Of a stretch of 48,357 nucleotides of DNA, positions 12,715 through 21,928 are shown piece after piece. The notes under the pieces are model-generated. The model ran no database searches and had not been told where the DNA came from. It saw only the letters and a program-made list of their open reading frames with translations. The DNA is from a bacterium. GTDB taxonomy: Bacteria; Patescibacteriota; Doudnabacteria; UBA920. Where the stretch lies: NCBI GenBank assembly GCA_021825655.1, contig JAKAGU010000001.1, positions 1-48,357 of the forward strand. The letters run 5' to 3'. Each line of letters starts with the position of its first letter. The stretch's first letter is position 1. The position numbers and the translations under genes are program-made.

Positions 12715-13284
12715 TTAATTTAAAATTTCGTTCACTAGATCCATAACCCCAATCCGCTTTTCCGCGGAATACGGCAGCACCTGGTAGTCGCCCACCGCAT
12801 CCTGGATGGCTTTCAGTTTTTTGTGGTATTCGGATTTTTTTAGCTTGTCCACTTTGTTGGCCAATATAACTACATTTTTGTCCGCCTGTTCCAAGCTATG
12901 GAGCATTTGCAGGTCTGTATCCGTAACCCCCACCACGGCATCTACAATCATAACCACTTTTTTCTGGCTGTAAGGCGAGCCCAGGAGGTACCAATAAATG
13001 CGCTGCTGGAGCAGGTTCTGCACGTCTTTGGACGCGCGGGCAAAACCATAACCCGGCAAGTCCACCAAGTAGACTTTGTTGTTTATAAGAAAAATGTTTA
13101 TTTCCTGGGTGTGCCCGGGAAAGGCGCTGGTTTTGGCCAAACCTTTTTTGCCTGTCAGAGAATTGATGACGCTGGACTTGCCCACATTGGACCGCCCAAT
13201 AAAAGCCACCTGGGGCATGCCATCATCCAAAAGCTCGTCTTCTCCTACTATCCCTTTTACAAATTTTGCCGATGTTATATTCAT
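12715..13284 (-). CDS. engB: Ribosome biogenesis GTPase YihA/YsxC
   Basis: GRSNVGKSS, DLPGYG, NKVD G-motifs. Confidence 0.95.
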   Translation of the reverse strand: MNITSAKFVKGIVGEDELLDDGMPQVAFIGRSNVGKSSVINSLTGKKGLAKTSAFPGHTQEINIFLINNKVYLVDLPGYGFARASKDVQNLLQQRIYWYLLGSPYSQKKVVMIVDAVVGVTDTDLQMLHSLEQADKNVVILANKVDKLKKSEYHKKLKAIQDAVGDYQVLPYSAEKRIGVMDLVNEILN

Positions 13285-13361
13285 AGGATTTCCCGTGTAT
13301 ACATATTAGACTTATGCCTCTGCTTTGGCAAAAGCAGTCTTTAAAATGCTATAATTCCCCT

Positions 13362-14303
13362 ATGCCTAAAGTGATTGAAGTCAAAAATCTGGTAAAGACC
13401 TATAAGAAAGGCCGGAAAGGCGGAGAAACCTTCCGGGCCGTGGACAACGTGTCTTTTAGCGTGGAAAAAGGCGAAATTTTCGGGCTCCTGGGCCCGAACG
13501 GCGCGGGCAAGACCACGACTTTGGAAATTATAGAAGGCTTAAAAAAACAGGACAGCGGCAAAGTTACAATTTTGGGCCTCGACAACCTGCAGCACACCAC
13601 GGAAATTAAAAAGCGCATTGGCGTGCAACTCCAGGAGTCCGGCTACTTGCCCAACCTTACCTTAGGCGAGCTCCTCAGCCTGTTTGCCTCCTTTTACCGC
13701 CACGAAACCACGGACATTAAGTGGCTGCTTAAGCTCGTAGATTTGGAAAGCAAGGAGCACGCCTATGTCAAAGACCTTTCGGGCGGTCAGCGCCAGCGCT
13801 TTACCATTGCCACCACCATGGTCAACAGCCCGGAAATTGTGTTTTTGGATGAACCCACCACAGGCCTGGACCCTTCGGCGAGACGCTCCTTGTGGCAGCT
13901 GGTTAAAAACATCAACGGCCAGGGCATTACGGTAATTCTCACCACCCACTACATGGAAGAGGCGGAGTTTTTGTGCCACCGCGTGGGCATTATGGACCAG
14001 GGCAAAATTTTGGAAATTGACGAGCCGGCCAAGCTCATTGACAACCTCTCCCAAACTTCGCAGATTTCTTTTCTGACCGATGCCGCGGTGGACGAGGCCG
14101 TGTTTTACCAGGCGCCCGGCGTAACCAAGGTTTATAACCACGCGCCCAAGACCATTTTGGAAATTGACTCGCTCAACCACATTGGCGAAATTGTGGAAAT
14201 CCTCCGCAGCCACCGCATAAAATTTTCCGGCTTTATGGTAAAAACCGCTTCCTTGGAAGACGTATATTTGGATTTGACGGGAAAGGAGTTCGATAATGAC
14301 TAG
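13362..14303 (+). CDS. ABC-2 exporter ATP-binding protein
   Basis: GPNGAGKTT, LSGGQ, FLDEPT; ATG 13362 lies 6 nt after TGcTATAAT (leaderless). Confidence 0.93.
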   Translation: MPKVIEVKNLVKTYKKGRKGGETFRAVDNVSFSVEKGEIFGLLGPNGAGKTTTLEIIEGLKKQDSGKVTILGLDNLQHTTEIKKRIGVQLQESGYLPNLTLGELLSLFASFYRHETTDIKWLLKLVDLESKEHAYVKDLSGGQRQRFTIATTMVNSPEIVFLDEPTTGLDPSARRSLWQLVKNINGQGITVILTTHYMEEAEFLCHRVGIMDQGKILEIDEPAKLIDNLSQTSQISFLTDAAVDEAVFYQAPGVTKVYNHAPKTILEIDSLNHIGEIVEILRSHRIKFSGFMVKTASLEDVYLDLTGKEFDND

Positions 14304-15039
14304 TTTCAAGCAGCTGTTTTTGGCCAACCTCAAAATTTTCTACCGCGAAAAGTCGGGTTTCTTTTGGACTTTGGCCATGCCCGCGTTCATTTACATTGCC
14401 CTGTCCGTGCTGCCCATTAGCGGGGCTTTCGGCAGGGGCTCCAATTACGCGAACTTTGTGCTGCCCGGCATTATTGCCATGGTCATTATGCAGGGCGGGA
14501 TTTACGGCCTGGCCTACTGGATGACGGACCTAAAGGCCCGCGGGGTGATTAAGCGGCTGAACGCCACGCCCATAGACCCCAAAGAACTGGTGCTCTCCCT
14601 GGTGGCTTCGCGCGTCTTGGTAATTTTCGGACAGGTAATCATTCTCACGCTTTTGGGCGTGGTGTTTTTCCACGCCCAGTTTGCGGGCAACATTTTGTCC
14701 GTAGCCGTCCTGGCCACGCTGGGCGGCGGAATTTTCCTGACTTTGGGCCTGCTTATTTCCACCTTTGCCACTTCCTACGATTCGGCTGCGCCCATTACTT
14801 CGGCAATTGGCCTGCCCATGACTTTTCTGGGCGACATTTTCTACCCGGTTTCCGTGCTGCCGCACGGGCTCCAGGTGTTTGCCAAATGCCTGCCCATTAC
14901 CTATTTGGCGGACGGCATGCGCCTGGCCTACTCCCAGCCTTTTGCCTGGACCACGTTTTGGCCGGATGCTGCCATTTTGCTGGCTTGGCTGCTGGGCATT
15001 TTGCTGCTTGCCTCCCGGGTATTTAAACTCAAAGAATAA
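14296..15039 (+). CDS. ABC-2 type permease
   Basis: Six hydrophobic segments; overlaps the ATPase stop; FYP...LP..LP.TY motif. Confidence 0.9.
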   Translation: MTSFKQLFLANLKIFYREKSGFFWTLAMPAFIYIALSVLPISGAFGRGSNYANFVLPGIIAMVIMQGGIYGLAYWMTDLKARGVIKRLNATPIDPKELVLSLVASRVLVIFGQVIILTLLGVVFFHAQFAGNILSVAVLATLGGGIFLTLGLLISTFATSYDSAAPITSAIGLPMTFLGDIFYPVSVLPHGLQVFAKCLPITYLADGMRLAYSQPFAWTTFWPDAAILLAWLLGILLLASRVFKLKE

Positions 15040-15040
15040 C

Positions 15041-15070
15041 AAAACCGCTCCCTCCAGGGGAGCGGTTTTT
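15041..15070. terminator. Bidirectional terminator
   Basis: aaaaccgctccc/gggagcggtttt between convergent genes. Confidence 0.85.
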
Positions 15071-15369
15071 TATTTGAGCAGCTTTTGCATTTGGGCCCGG
15101 GTTTTGGGCACCACTTTCACGCCCCAGGAAAGGCCTAAAGCCTCTGCCATGACCACGCCCACCCGCACGCCCGTATAACTCCCCGGGCCTTTGTTTACAA
15201 AAATCTTTTGCAAAGCCGGCCGGCGGCCGTGCAAAAATTCTTCCAGCTTGGCCAAAGTTTCATGCGACTTTTGCGCCTCCAGCTTGTAAACTTTTTTTTC
15301 CAGTTTTGCGCCTTCGCCGAGCGCAAAGGTGATTTGGTCAAAATCCGCAGTATCAATGTATAAGTTCAT
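15070..15369 (-). CDS. tsaB: t6A biosynthesis protein TsaB, short N-domain-only form
   Basis: YIDTA start and GPGSYTGVRVG motif; 99 aa. Confidence 0.85.
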   Translation of the reverse strand: MNLYIDTADFDQITFALGEGAKLEKKVYKLEAQKSHETLAKLEEFLHGRRPALQKIFVNKGPGSYTGVRVGVVMAEALGLSWGVKVVPKTRAQMQKLLK

Positions 15370-15374
15370 AGTGC

Positions 15375-16679
15375 CTAGTGCTTAGTGCTTAATAAATCCC
15401 GTACCACCTGCCGGTCGTCCCAGGCAATGCGTTGGTTGCCCGGCAGCACCAAGAACTGTTCGCTGCCCTTGCCCGTAATAACCACAATGTCCCCGGCCCG
15501 GGCCTGACCCAGCGCCTGCTTAATGGCCGCGCGCCGATCCAGGATAATTTCAAAGTCCTTTTGCGGCGCTGCCTGCCTAATGCCGGTTACCACATCGGCC
15601 GCGATTTTTTGCGGGTCGGAGTCGTACACGTCATCATTGGTAACAAAAATTTTGTCCGCGTATTGGGCGGAGATTTTTCCAAACTCAAATCGTTTGCCTA
15701 CGTCCCGATGTCCGCCCGTGGACCCGAACACGTGCAGAATTTTCCCGTGGGGCAAAGCGGCCAGGGCCTGGAGCGCTGTGGCCATGCCCGCAGGCTCCGG
15801 CGCGTAGTCCACAAACACGCGGAAGGCTTGCCCGGCTTTTATTTCTTCCAAGCGCCCGGCCGAGCCGGTAAAGTCCTCTAGGGCCCGGGCAGCGGCAGCC
15901 AGGCTAATGCCCAACGCTTCGGCCGCGGCAGCGGCCAGGCTGGCATTGTAAGCGTTAAACTCCCCGGCTACAGGCAAACTAAAAGCCGTGTGCTCCAAAG
16001 CGAAGGCCAGTTTTTCCCCGGCCTGGATATCGGTCAGCAGCAAAACTTTTTCCAGCTGGTAAAACTTCTTGGCCTGATCCCGGGTAATGCCCAGCTTGTG
16101 CGCAGCCGGAAACTGTAAAAAATACTCGGCCTGCGCATCGTCCAAATTCGCCACAATCGCCGAATTCTTGCCGACCAGCTTGGCAAAAAGCTTGCCTTTG
16201 GCCTGTTTGTACTTTTCAAAACTGCCGTGCGCTTCCACATGCGCGGGGTGAAGGTTGGTAAACAGAGCCAGGCTGAAAGGAATGCCCAGGTGCCGGTTCT
16301 GGGCCAGGCCTTCGGACGTGCATTCCACAATGGCAAACTTACAGCCGTTTTTTTTCATGGCCAAAAGCTGCTTTTGCAAAAGCGGCCCGCCGGGCATGGA
16401 CAGGCCGTGCCGGTTCATGTGTTCCGCCCGGCCGTCATGAAAACTGATGGTGGTAATAAAGCCGCAAGCGCGCTGGCTGCGGTTTAAAATATGCGCCAGC
16501 ATGCGCACCGTGGAAGACTTGCCCGCCGTGCCGGTCACGCCAATGACGGTCATACCCTGCCCCGGCCGGCCGTAATAATAGGAAGCGGCCACGGCCAAAG
16601 CGCCGTGGTAATAGGGCTGTAAAACCTTAAACAGTTTTTTGGGCAGCAAGCTACGGAGCGCCTGTTTGAAAAAGCTCAT
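15375..16679 (-). CDS. murE: Mur ligase, UDP-MurNAc-tripeptide synthetase (MurE-like)
   Basis: GVTGTAGKSST, ECTSEGLAQNR, VDYA, GGHRD, ITGKGSE. Confidence 0.85.
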   Translation of the reverse strand: MSFFKQALRSLLPKKLFKVLQPYYHGALAVAASYYYGRPGQGMTVIGVTGTAGKSSTVRMLAHILNRSQRACGFITTISFHDGRAEHMNRHGLSMPGGPLLQKQLLAMKKNGCKFAIVECTSEGLAQNRHLGIPFSLALFTNLHPAHVEAHGSFEKYKQAKGKLFAKLVGKNSAIVANLDDAQAEYFLQFPAAHKLGITRDQAKKFYQLEKVLLLTDIQAGEKLAFALEHTAFSLPVAGEFNAYNASLAAAAAEALGISLAAAARALEDFTGSAGRLEEIKAGQAFRVFVDYAPEPAGMATALQALAALPHGKILHVFGSTGGHRDVGKRFEFGKISAQYADKIFVTNDDVYDSDPQKIAADVVTGIRQAAPQKDFEIILDRRAAIKQALGQARAGDIVVITGKGSEQFLVLPGNQRIAWDDRQVVRDLLSTKH

Positions 16680-16757
16680 GCAGGCATTATAGCGAAATTG
16701 GCTTAAAAGAAAAAATATCGTATAATAAAGGCGAAGAAAACCTTTTTAAGAAACAAA

Positions 16758-17093
16758 GTGAACAATTTTCCCTTAAACCTCCTGACCCTGCCCGTGTGGT
16801 GGTATACCACGGGCTTGAAATTGGTCTGGCGCTGGTACCGGCGGCGGACCAATTTTTTCCTGCAATCCACGGGCCTGGTGCTGTTTGCCCGCCACATGAA
16901 CGAACCGCTGTACCAGGACTACAGCAAGAGCGGCGTATTCATCAGCTTCTTTTTAAGGATCCTGGTGCTCTTGTATAAAGCCCTGGCCTCGGGCCTGAGC
17001 CTCGTGGTTTACGGCCTGGTGCCCGTGCTTTACGTCTGCCTCCTGCCCGGCGTGCTGGTTATGATTATTTTTCAACTTCTAAACCATGCTTGA
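16758..17093 (+). CDS. Hypothetical membrane protein, translationally coupled to the Clp ATPase
   Basis: WWYT..PLYQDY..hydrophobic C-terminus; stop overlaps the next start. Confidence 0.75.
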   Translation: MNNFPLNLLTLPVWWYTTGLKLVWRWYRRRTNFFLQSTGLVLFARHMNEPLYQDYSKSGVFISFFLRILVLLYKALASGLSLVVYGLVPVLYVCLLPGVLVMIIFQLLNHA

Positions 17094-19764
17094 ACTGGAT
17101 TTGCAAAAAAATTCCGGGCCCGGCTGGCCGCTGGCCGCGCGCGCGGGCAAAGTCACCCTAACTTTTGGCGGCAGCCTGAAAGCCGAACGCATTGGCAAGG
17201 AACGCCTGGGTTTTTTGCTGGAACGGGTGGTGGATGTTGTACTCTGGTCTTTGCTGTTTTTGGGCCTCTTGGCCCTGGCGGCCTCGGCTTATTCGGGCTT
17301 CCAAGCCTGGGGCGGCCGCTACTTGTGGGAAGGCCGCTTTCTGTGGGAAGGTTCGGCTTACAGCTTTGTTTTCTGGCTGTCGGCTTTAACCGACCTGTAC
17401 CTCTGGGCCCGGCGGGCGCAAAAAAATCTGGACAACCAGGATACGGACCTAATGGCCCTGGAAGAACGCACCTGGCAGCCGGTGAGCGAAGAAACCGTGG
17501 ACGTTTACGAGCTGTTTAACCGCGAAGCCAAGCTGGCCTGGAACGGCGCGCTGAAGTTTGCCCAAAAACGGCAAGCCGCGGCGGCGCGGCTGGCTTTGGA
17601 GCCGGACAGCGCTGTCCCTGCTAAAATTACGGCCGCCGACCTCCTGCTCTCGCTCCTGGAAAACCGCAGCGTGGCTTCCCTGTTTTTCCGGATCGGGGTG
17701 AACGTGCACGACATTGCGGAAGTCATAAAAAACTACGCGCTCTTGGCCGGCGAAAAAGCCGAAGGCCTGGAACACTTTGACCAAATCCCCTTTGCCGCCC
17801 TGCAGGAAGCCACCAAGCTGCACAACAAAACCATTGACCCGCTCATGCTGCTCTGCAGCCTGCCCGCCTGTCTGGGCGACGAGCATATTATCCAGGCGGT
17901 GTTTTTAAACATCAACCTCAGCCAGGAAAAGCTGGAAAATATCGCTTCCTGGATTTTCCACTTAAGGCTGCTGAGCGAAGACTTGCGGCTGTTTAAAAAA
18001 CTTTCCAAATTCAAGCCGGACAGCGACATTAACACGGGACTGACTTCCGTGCCCACGATTTACCTGGACCGCTACGGCCAGGACCTTACCCGGCAGGCCA
18101 AGTACGGCCGCCTGCCCGTGGCTTTGGGCCGGGGCACGGATTTGAAGGAAATTTTCAAACTGGCCACCGCGGGCACGGGCAACATTGTGGTAAAAGGCGA
18201 AGTCGGCAGCGGCCGCACCACCCTGGTTAACGAGTTGGCTTACAAAATGGCCAGCGAGCAGGTACCCAGCCTCTACCAGGACAAGCGTTTGGTGCGTTTG
18301 GATATTGCGGGTATTTTGGGCAGCGGCCAGAAAACCGAAAGCCTGTTCGTCCAGACCCTGAAAGAAGCCGTGTTCTCCGGCAACATTATTCTGGTGATTG
18401 AAGATATCCAGGAGCTGGCCCAAACCATGTCCGGCTCGGGCTTAAGCCTGCTGGACATTCTTATAAATTTTTTGCAGAGCCACCGCCTCACGGTTATTGC
18501 CACCACCTCCGTGGAGGGCTACACCGATTACCTGCGCGACGCGGCTAATTTCGAACAGGTCTTTAACCCCTACGAGCTGCGCCATTTGTCGCACAACGAA
18601 ATCCTGCTGGCCTGTTGCATCCGCGCCAGCCTCTTGGAAACCCACAATGACTGCCTCTTTAAATACCAGGCCATTGAACAGGCCGTAGATTTGACCGATG
18701 TGTACATCCACGGGCAGAACCAGCCGCAGAAAGCCATTGCCGTGCTGGTGGAAGCCGCTTCCCGGGCCAAGCACCAGAGTAAAAAAATCGTCAGCGAAAA
18801 TTTGATCCAGCAAATCATCAGCGAAAAAACCCACATCCCCGCGGACACCTTAAAAGAAGATGAAACCGAAAAACTGCTGCACCTAGAAGAGCTTATCGGC
18901 CAGCGCGTGATCGGCCAGCGCTCCGCGGTCACGGCCGTGGCCGAGGGCCTGCGCCGCGCGCGCAGCGGCCTGGCTTCCGGCAGCCGACCGTTGGCTTCTT
19001 TCCTGTTTTTAGGGCCCACAGGCGTGGGCAAAACGGAAATCGCCCGCACTCTGGCGGATATTTATTTCGGCGAAAGCAAATTCCTCCTGCGGCTGGATAT
19101 GTCGGAATTCCGGGGCCCGGACGGCATGGAAAAACTTTTGGGCCGGGCCGACAGCGCGCTGGATACGCCCATTGTCAAACACATCAAGAACTACCCCTTC
19201 TGCCTCCTGCTTTTGGATGAATTTGAAAAGGCCAGCCCGGAAATTACCAACCTCTTCCTGCAGATCTTGGAAGACGGCCGCCTGACTTCAGGCCGGGGCG
19301 AGGTCTTGGACCTCACCCACACGCTGATCATTGCCACTTCCAATGCGGGCAGCGCGGAAATTCAGGACGGCATCCGGCAAAACCTAAGCCTCGACCAGAT
19401 AAAGACCCGGCTGTTCAACCAGACCCTGCACCAATTTTTCCCGCCCGAACTTTTAAACCGCTTTGACGCGGTGGTGGTGTTCTCGCCCTTAAGCCAGGAC
19501 GAGGTGGAGCAGGTCAGCCTGCTGCAGCTGCAGGCCCTGCAGCACGACCTGCTGCAAAAAGGCGTTAAGGCGACTTTCACCCTGAATGTGGCGCGGGATG
19601 TGGCCAAGAACGCTTTCGATCCGTCGCTGGGCGCCCGGCCCATCCGCCGCTACATCCAGGACCATCTGGAAAGCTTTGTGGCCAAGCTGCTGCTGCAGAA
19701 AAAACTCAAGCGCGGCTCCATTGTGACCATTGATTTTGTGGACAACGAATACCGGCTGGTCTAA
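17086..19764 (+). CDS. ClpA/B-family AAA+ ATPase with N-terminal transmembrane segments and degenerate first ATPase domain
   Basis: NBD2 GPTGVGKTE, LLDEFEK, LEDGRLT, GARPIRR; NBD1 GEVGSGRTT / VIEDIQ; two hydrophobic helices in the first ~110 aa. Confidence 0.88.
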   Translation: MLELDLQKNSGPGWPLAARAGKVTLTFGGSLKAERIGKERLGFLLERVVDVVLWSLLFLGLLALAASAYSGFQAWGGRYLWEGRFLWEGSAYSFVFWLSALTDLYLWARRAQKNLDNQDTDLMALEERTWQPVSEETVDVYELFNREAKLAWNGALKFAQKRQAAAARLALEPDSAVPAKITAADLLLSLLENRSVASLFFRIGVNVHDIAEVIKNYALLAGEKAEGLEHFDQIPFAALQEATKLHNKTIDPLMLLCSLPACLGDEHIIQAVFLNINLSQEKLENIASWIFHLRLLSEDLRLFKKLSKFKPDSDINTGLTSVPTIYLDRYGQDLTRQAKYGRLPVALGRGTDLKEIFKLATAGTGNIVVKGEVGSGRTTLVNELAYKMASEQVPSLYQDKRLVRLDIAGILGSGQKTESLFVQTLKEAVFSGNIILVIEDIQELAQTMSGSGLSLLDILINFLQSHRLTVIATTSVEGYTDYLRDAANFEQVFNPYELRHLSHNEILLACCIRASLLETHNDCLFKYQAIEQAVDLTDVYIHGQNQPQKAIAVLVEAASRAKHQSKKIVSENLIQQIISEKTHIPADTLKEDETEKLLHLEELIGQRVIGQRSAVTAVAEGLRRARSGLASGSRPLASFLFLGPTGVGKTEIARTLADIYFGESKFLLRLDMSEFRGPDGMEKLLGRADSALDTPIVKHIKNYPFCLLLLDEFEKASPEITNLFLQILEDGRLTSGRGEVLDLTHTLIIATSNAGSAEIQDGIRQNLSLDQIKTRLFNQTLHQFFPPELLNRFDAVVVFSPLSQDEVEQVSLLQLQALQHDLLQKGVKATFTLNVARDVAKNAFDPSLGARPIRRYIQDHLESFVAKLLLQKKLKRGSIVTIDFVDNEYRLV

Positions 19765-19774
19765 ATAAAAACCT

Positions 19775-19800
19775 AAAACCCCGCCTTAAGGCGGGGTTTT
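19775..19800. terminator. Bidirectional terminator
   Basis: Perfect palindrome aaaaccccgccttaaggcggggtttt between convergent genes. Confidence 0.88.
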
Positions 19801-19812
19801 AAAATGAACAAT

Positions 19813-20838
19813 TTATCTGCCCAAAAAACCGGCAGCCCGCCGCGCCAGCTTATAGAGCTGGTAGCCGGATTTTAATACGGGCAAGTCATAAGCGCCGGCA
19901 TATTCCCGCGTTTGCCCGCCAAAGCCGGACTTAAAACGCGCAAAGCCCGCGGCCTTGCCGGCCGCGGTTTCCAGGCCCCAAAAATCATACGTTTCCAGGC
20001 CCTTGGCTTTGGCATCCATTACTGCCTGCCAGTGCAGGGCATACGGCGCCATCACCTGTTTGTCTTCCTCAGCCGAGCCGCCAAACAAATAAGTGCGGGT
20101 GGGGCCGAAGTCCAGCATAATAGCCGAAGCCAAAAGCCGGCTATGGTACAAAGCTTTGTAGATACTCAAACTGACGCTGTGGGTCGGCGGATTTTTCCGG
20201 GCAAAAAAATCCACCATGTTTTCATAATATTTTTGGCCGTGGCCTTTATAGCCTTGCCTCTTGGCGGTTTCCACAATCAGCCCCACCGCTTCCTTATAAT
20301 ACAAGCCGTGGCCGGGGGTAATAGCCAAATCTTTCTGCACTTCCACGCCGTGCTTGAAAGCCAGCCGGATATTGTAGCGGGTCTTGGGGTGCATGTGCGC
20401 CAAAAGTTCGGCCTCCGTCTGATTAAGGTCCAAAACCAAGGTCTTGCCGGGCTGGATATTTTTAGTCTTACGCCAGGCCAGAGCCTCAGGCTTCCCGCCC
20501 AAGGCTGTTTTTGGTTCTATGCGGACAAACAGCGCCTCGGGATACTGGTTTTTAATTTCCGCCGCAAAGGCCGGCAAATATTCCGGACCGATTACGGGCC
20601 CGTATGGCGCATACCAATAGTGCCGGCCCAAAGGCAGCGGCATCCGGACCAGCTGGACTGCGCCCGCGGGGTTTTCTTTTTCTGTCTGCAAAAAATATCT
20701 GGCCACCTGCCGCCCCAAAGCCTTCTGCCACTCGCCCCAGTCCCAGCTCTGCAAAAAACTGCCGCTTGCGGCCCCGGCCACCAAGCGGTCGTATGCGGTT
20801 TTTTCAGTTGCGGGAATCAAAACTGGCTGCATGTGCAT
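19813..20838 (-). CDS. FemABX-family peptidoglycan peptidyltransferase (lipid II:amino acid)
   Basis: SFLQSWDWG, YAPYGP, KTRYNIR, YDFWG, FKSGFGG. Confidence 0.9.
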   Translation of the reverse strand: MHMQPVLIPATEKTAYDRLVAGAASGSFLQSWDWGEWQKALGRQVARYFLQTEKENPAGAVQLVRMPLPLGRHYWYAPYGPVIGPEYLPAFAAEIKNQYPEALFVRIEPKTALGGKPEALAWRKTKNIQPGKTLVLDLNQTEAELLAHMHPKTRYNIRLAFKHGVEVQKDLAITPGHGLYYKEAVGLIVETAKRQGYKGHGQKYYENMVDFFARKNPPTHSVSLSIYKALYHSRLLASAIMLDFGPTRTYLFGGSAEEDKQVMAPYALHWQAVMDAKAKGLETYDFWGLETAAGKAAGFARFKSGFGGQTREYAGAYDLPVLKSGYQLYKLARRAAGFLGR

Positions 20839-21396
20839 TTATGCCTTACCTAAAAATTTCAGCGCCTGTTTAATCTGCGCGCCGGAAGACAAGGCGGCAT
20901 CCACCTTGCCGATGACTTCCCTGACCTCGCGCTGCGAATAGCCCAGCGCCAAAAGCGCGTCGAACACCTCGCTGGACGACTTGGCGCCGGGAATATCCAG
21001 CGCGCCCACCTTATTTTTCAGCTCCACGATAATCTTTTCCGCGGTCTTGGTGCCTACGCCGGAAATCCGGGTAAAAATACCCGCGTCCTGGTTGGCAATA
21101 GCCTGGCGCACGGCATCCGCGCGCGCCGCGGACAAAATAGCCAAGGCCACTTTGGGCCCCACGCCGGAAACCGTTATCAGCATTTCAAAAAACTGCAGTG
21201 TGGCAAAGTCCGGCAAGCCAAACAAAGCCTGGCCGTCCTCGCTGACTTTCAGGTAGGTGTAAACCGCAACCACATCACCCAGGCGGGCTTCCAGAATTTC
21301 GGGCGTGACAAAAACCTTGTAACCCAGGCCGTTGTTTTCCAAAACCAGATACTGGGGAGCTTTCTCCAAAACTTTTCCCTTTAAATATGCGAGCAT
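20839..21396 (-). CDS. ruvA: Holliday junction branch migration protein RuvA
   Basis: MLAYLKG, VSGVGPKVA, GVGTKTAEKI, ALLALGY. Confidence 0.96.
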   Translation of the reverse strand: MLAYLKGKVLEKAPQYLVLENNGLGYKVFVTPEILEARLGDVVAVYTYLKVSEDGQALFGLPDFATLQFFEMLITVSGVGPKVALAILSAARADAVRQAIANQDAGIFTRISGVGTKTAEKIIVELKNKVGALDIPGAKSSSEVFDALLALGYSQREVREVIGKVDAALSSGAQIKQALKFLGKA

Positions 21397-21417
21397 TTAT
21401 ATGGCTTTATTTCCTTC

Positions 21418-21468
21418 ATCTTACCAATTCTGAAACTGATTGACAAAAGTGCGTGTAAAAAGTACTAT
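21418..21468. promoter_or_regulatory. Overlapping divergent sigma70 promoters (ruvA on -, structured RNA on +)
   Basis: +: TTGACA 21440-21445, 17 nt, TACTAT 21463-21468; -: TTGTCA 21446-21441, 17 nt, TAAGAT 21423-21418. Confidence 0.75.
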
Positions 21469-21474
21469 GCCTGT

Positions 21475-21900
21475 ACTCCAAACCCTGCTCTGGACTTGAA
21501 GTTTGCGGAGCTTTGCTCCGTTTTGCCCACACAGGGGATTAAAGGCTCTTTGCCGATTGGCAAACATTAAAGAGGGTTTCGTTTCCGGGTGGAAACACGC
21601 AGCGCCGTCCGGCGCTGCCAGACAAGCGTAAGGCTTGAGGCCTTTATTGGCTCTCGCTAAAATGCTTGCGTTCCCACCCCCGGGTGGCGTGAGTTGTGTT
21701 GCTCCTTGCACATGCGCGATTAAGTTCGCCTACGCCACCCGTACCCATCTTGGGTGCCACACTCCCAGAGGCCTCCGACTCTGAGACTGCGGCCACGGGG
21801 TCCTTCCCCGCCCAAGCACTTCCCCGCTTGCTCCTCCGGCGACGCGGAAGTGTTTACAGAAGGCCGCGGTCTCCTCCGGATCCGGCCTTCTCTTTTTTTT
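21475..21900 (+). ncRNA. Unassigned ~420-nt highly structured RNA (sRNA or uvrB leader)
   Basis: No credible ORF; about ten helices, with G-U wobbles in at least five of them on the + strand; promoter upstream; terminator agaaggccg/cggccttct plus T8 at the 3' end. Confidence 0.75.
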
Positions 21901-21928
21901 GCCTTTCTTTGGTGTTAAACTTTACTTT

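Noticed and set aside
21475-21900. Identity as RNase P RNA, tmRNA, SRP RNA, T-box or a minus-strand CsrB-like RNA
   Set aside because: No GAGGAAAGUCC, tRNA-like ends or SRP GGAA/GCAGC loop; gggtggaaacacg lacks the UGGNACC T-box and no aminoacyl-tRNA synthetase gene follows; the GGA-loop reading on the minus strand turns the G-U pairs into A-C mismatches
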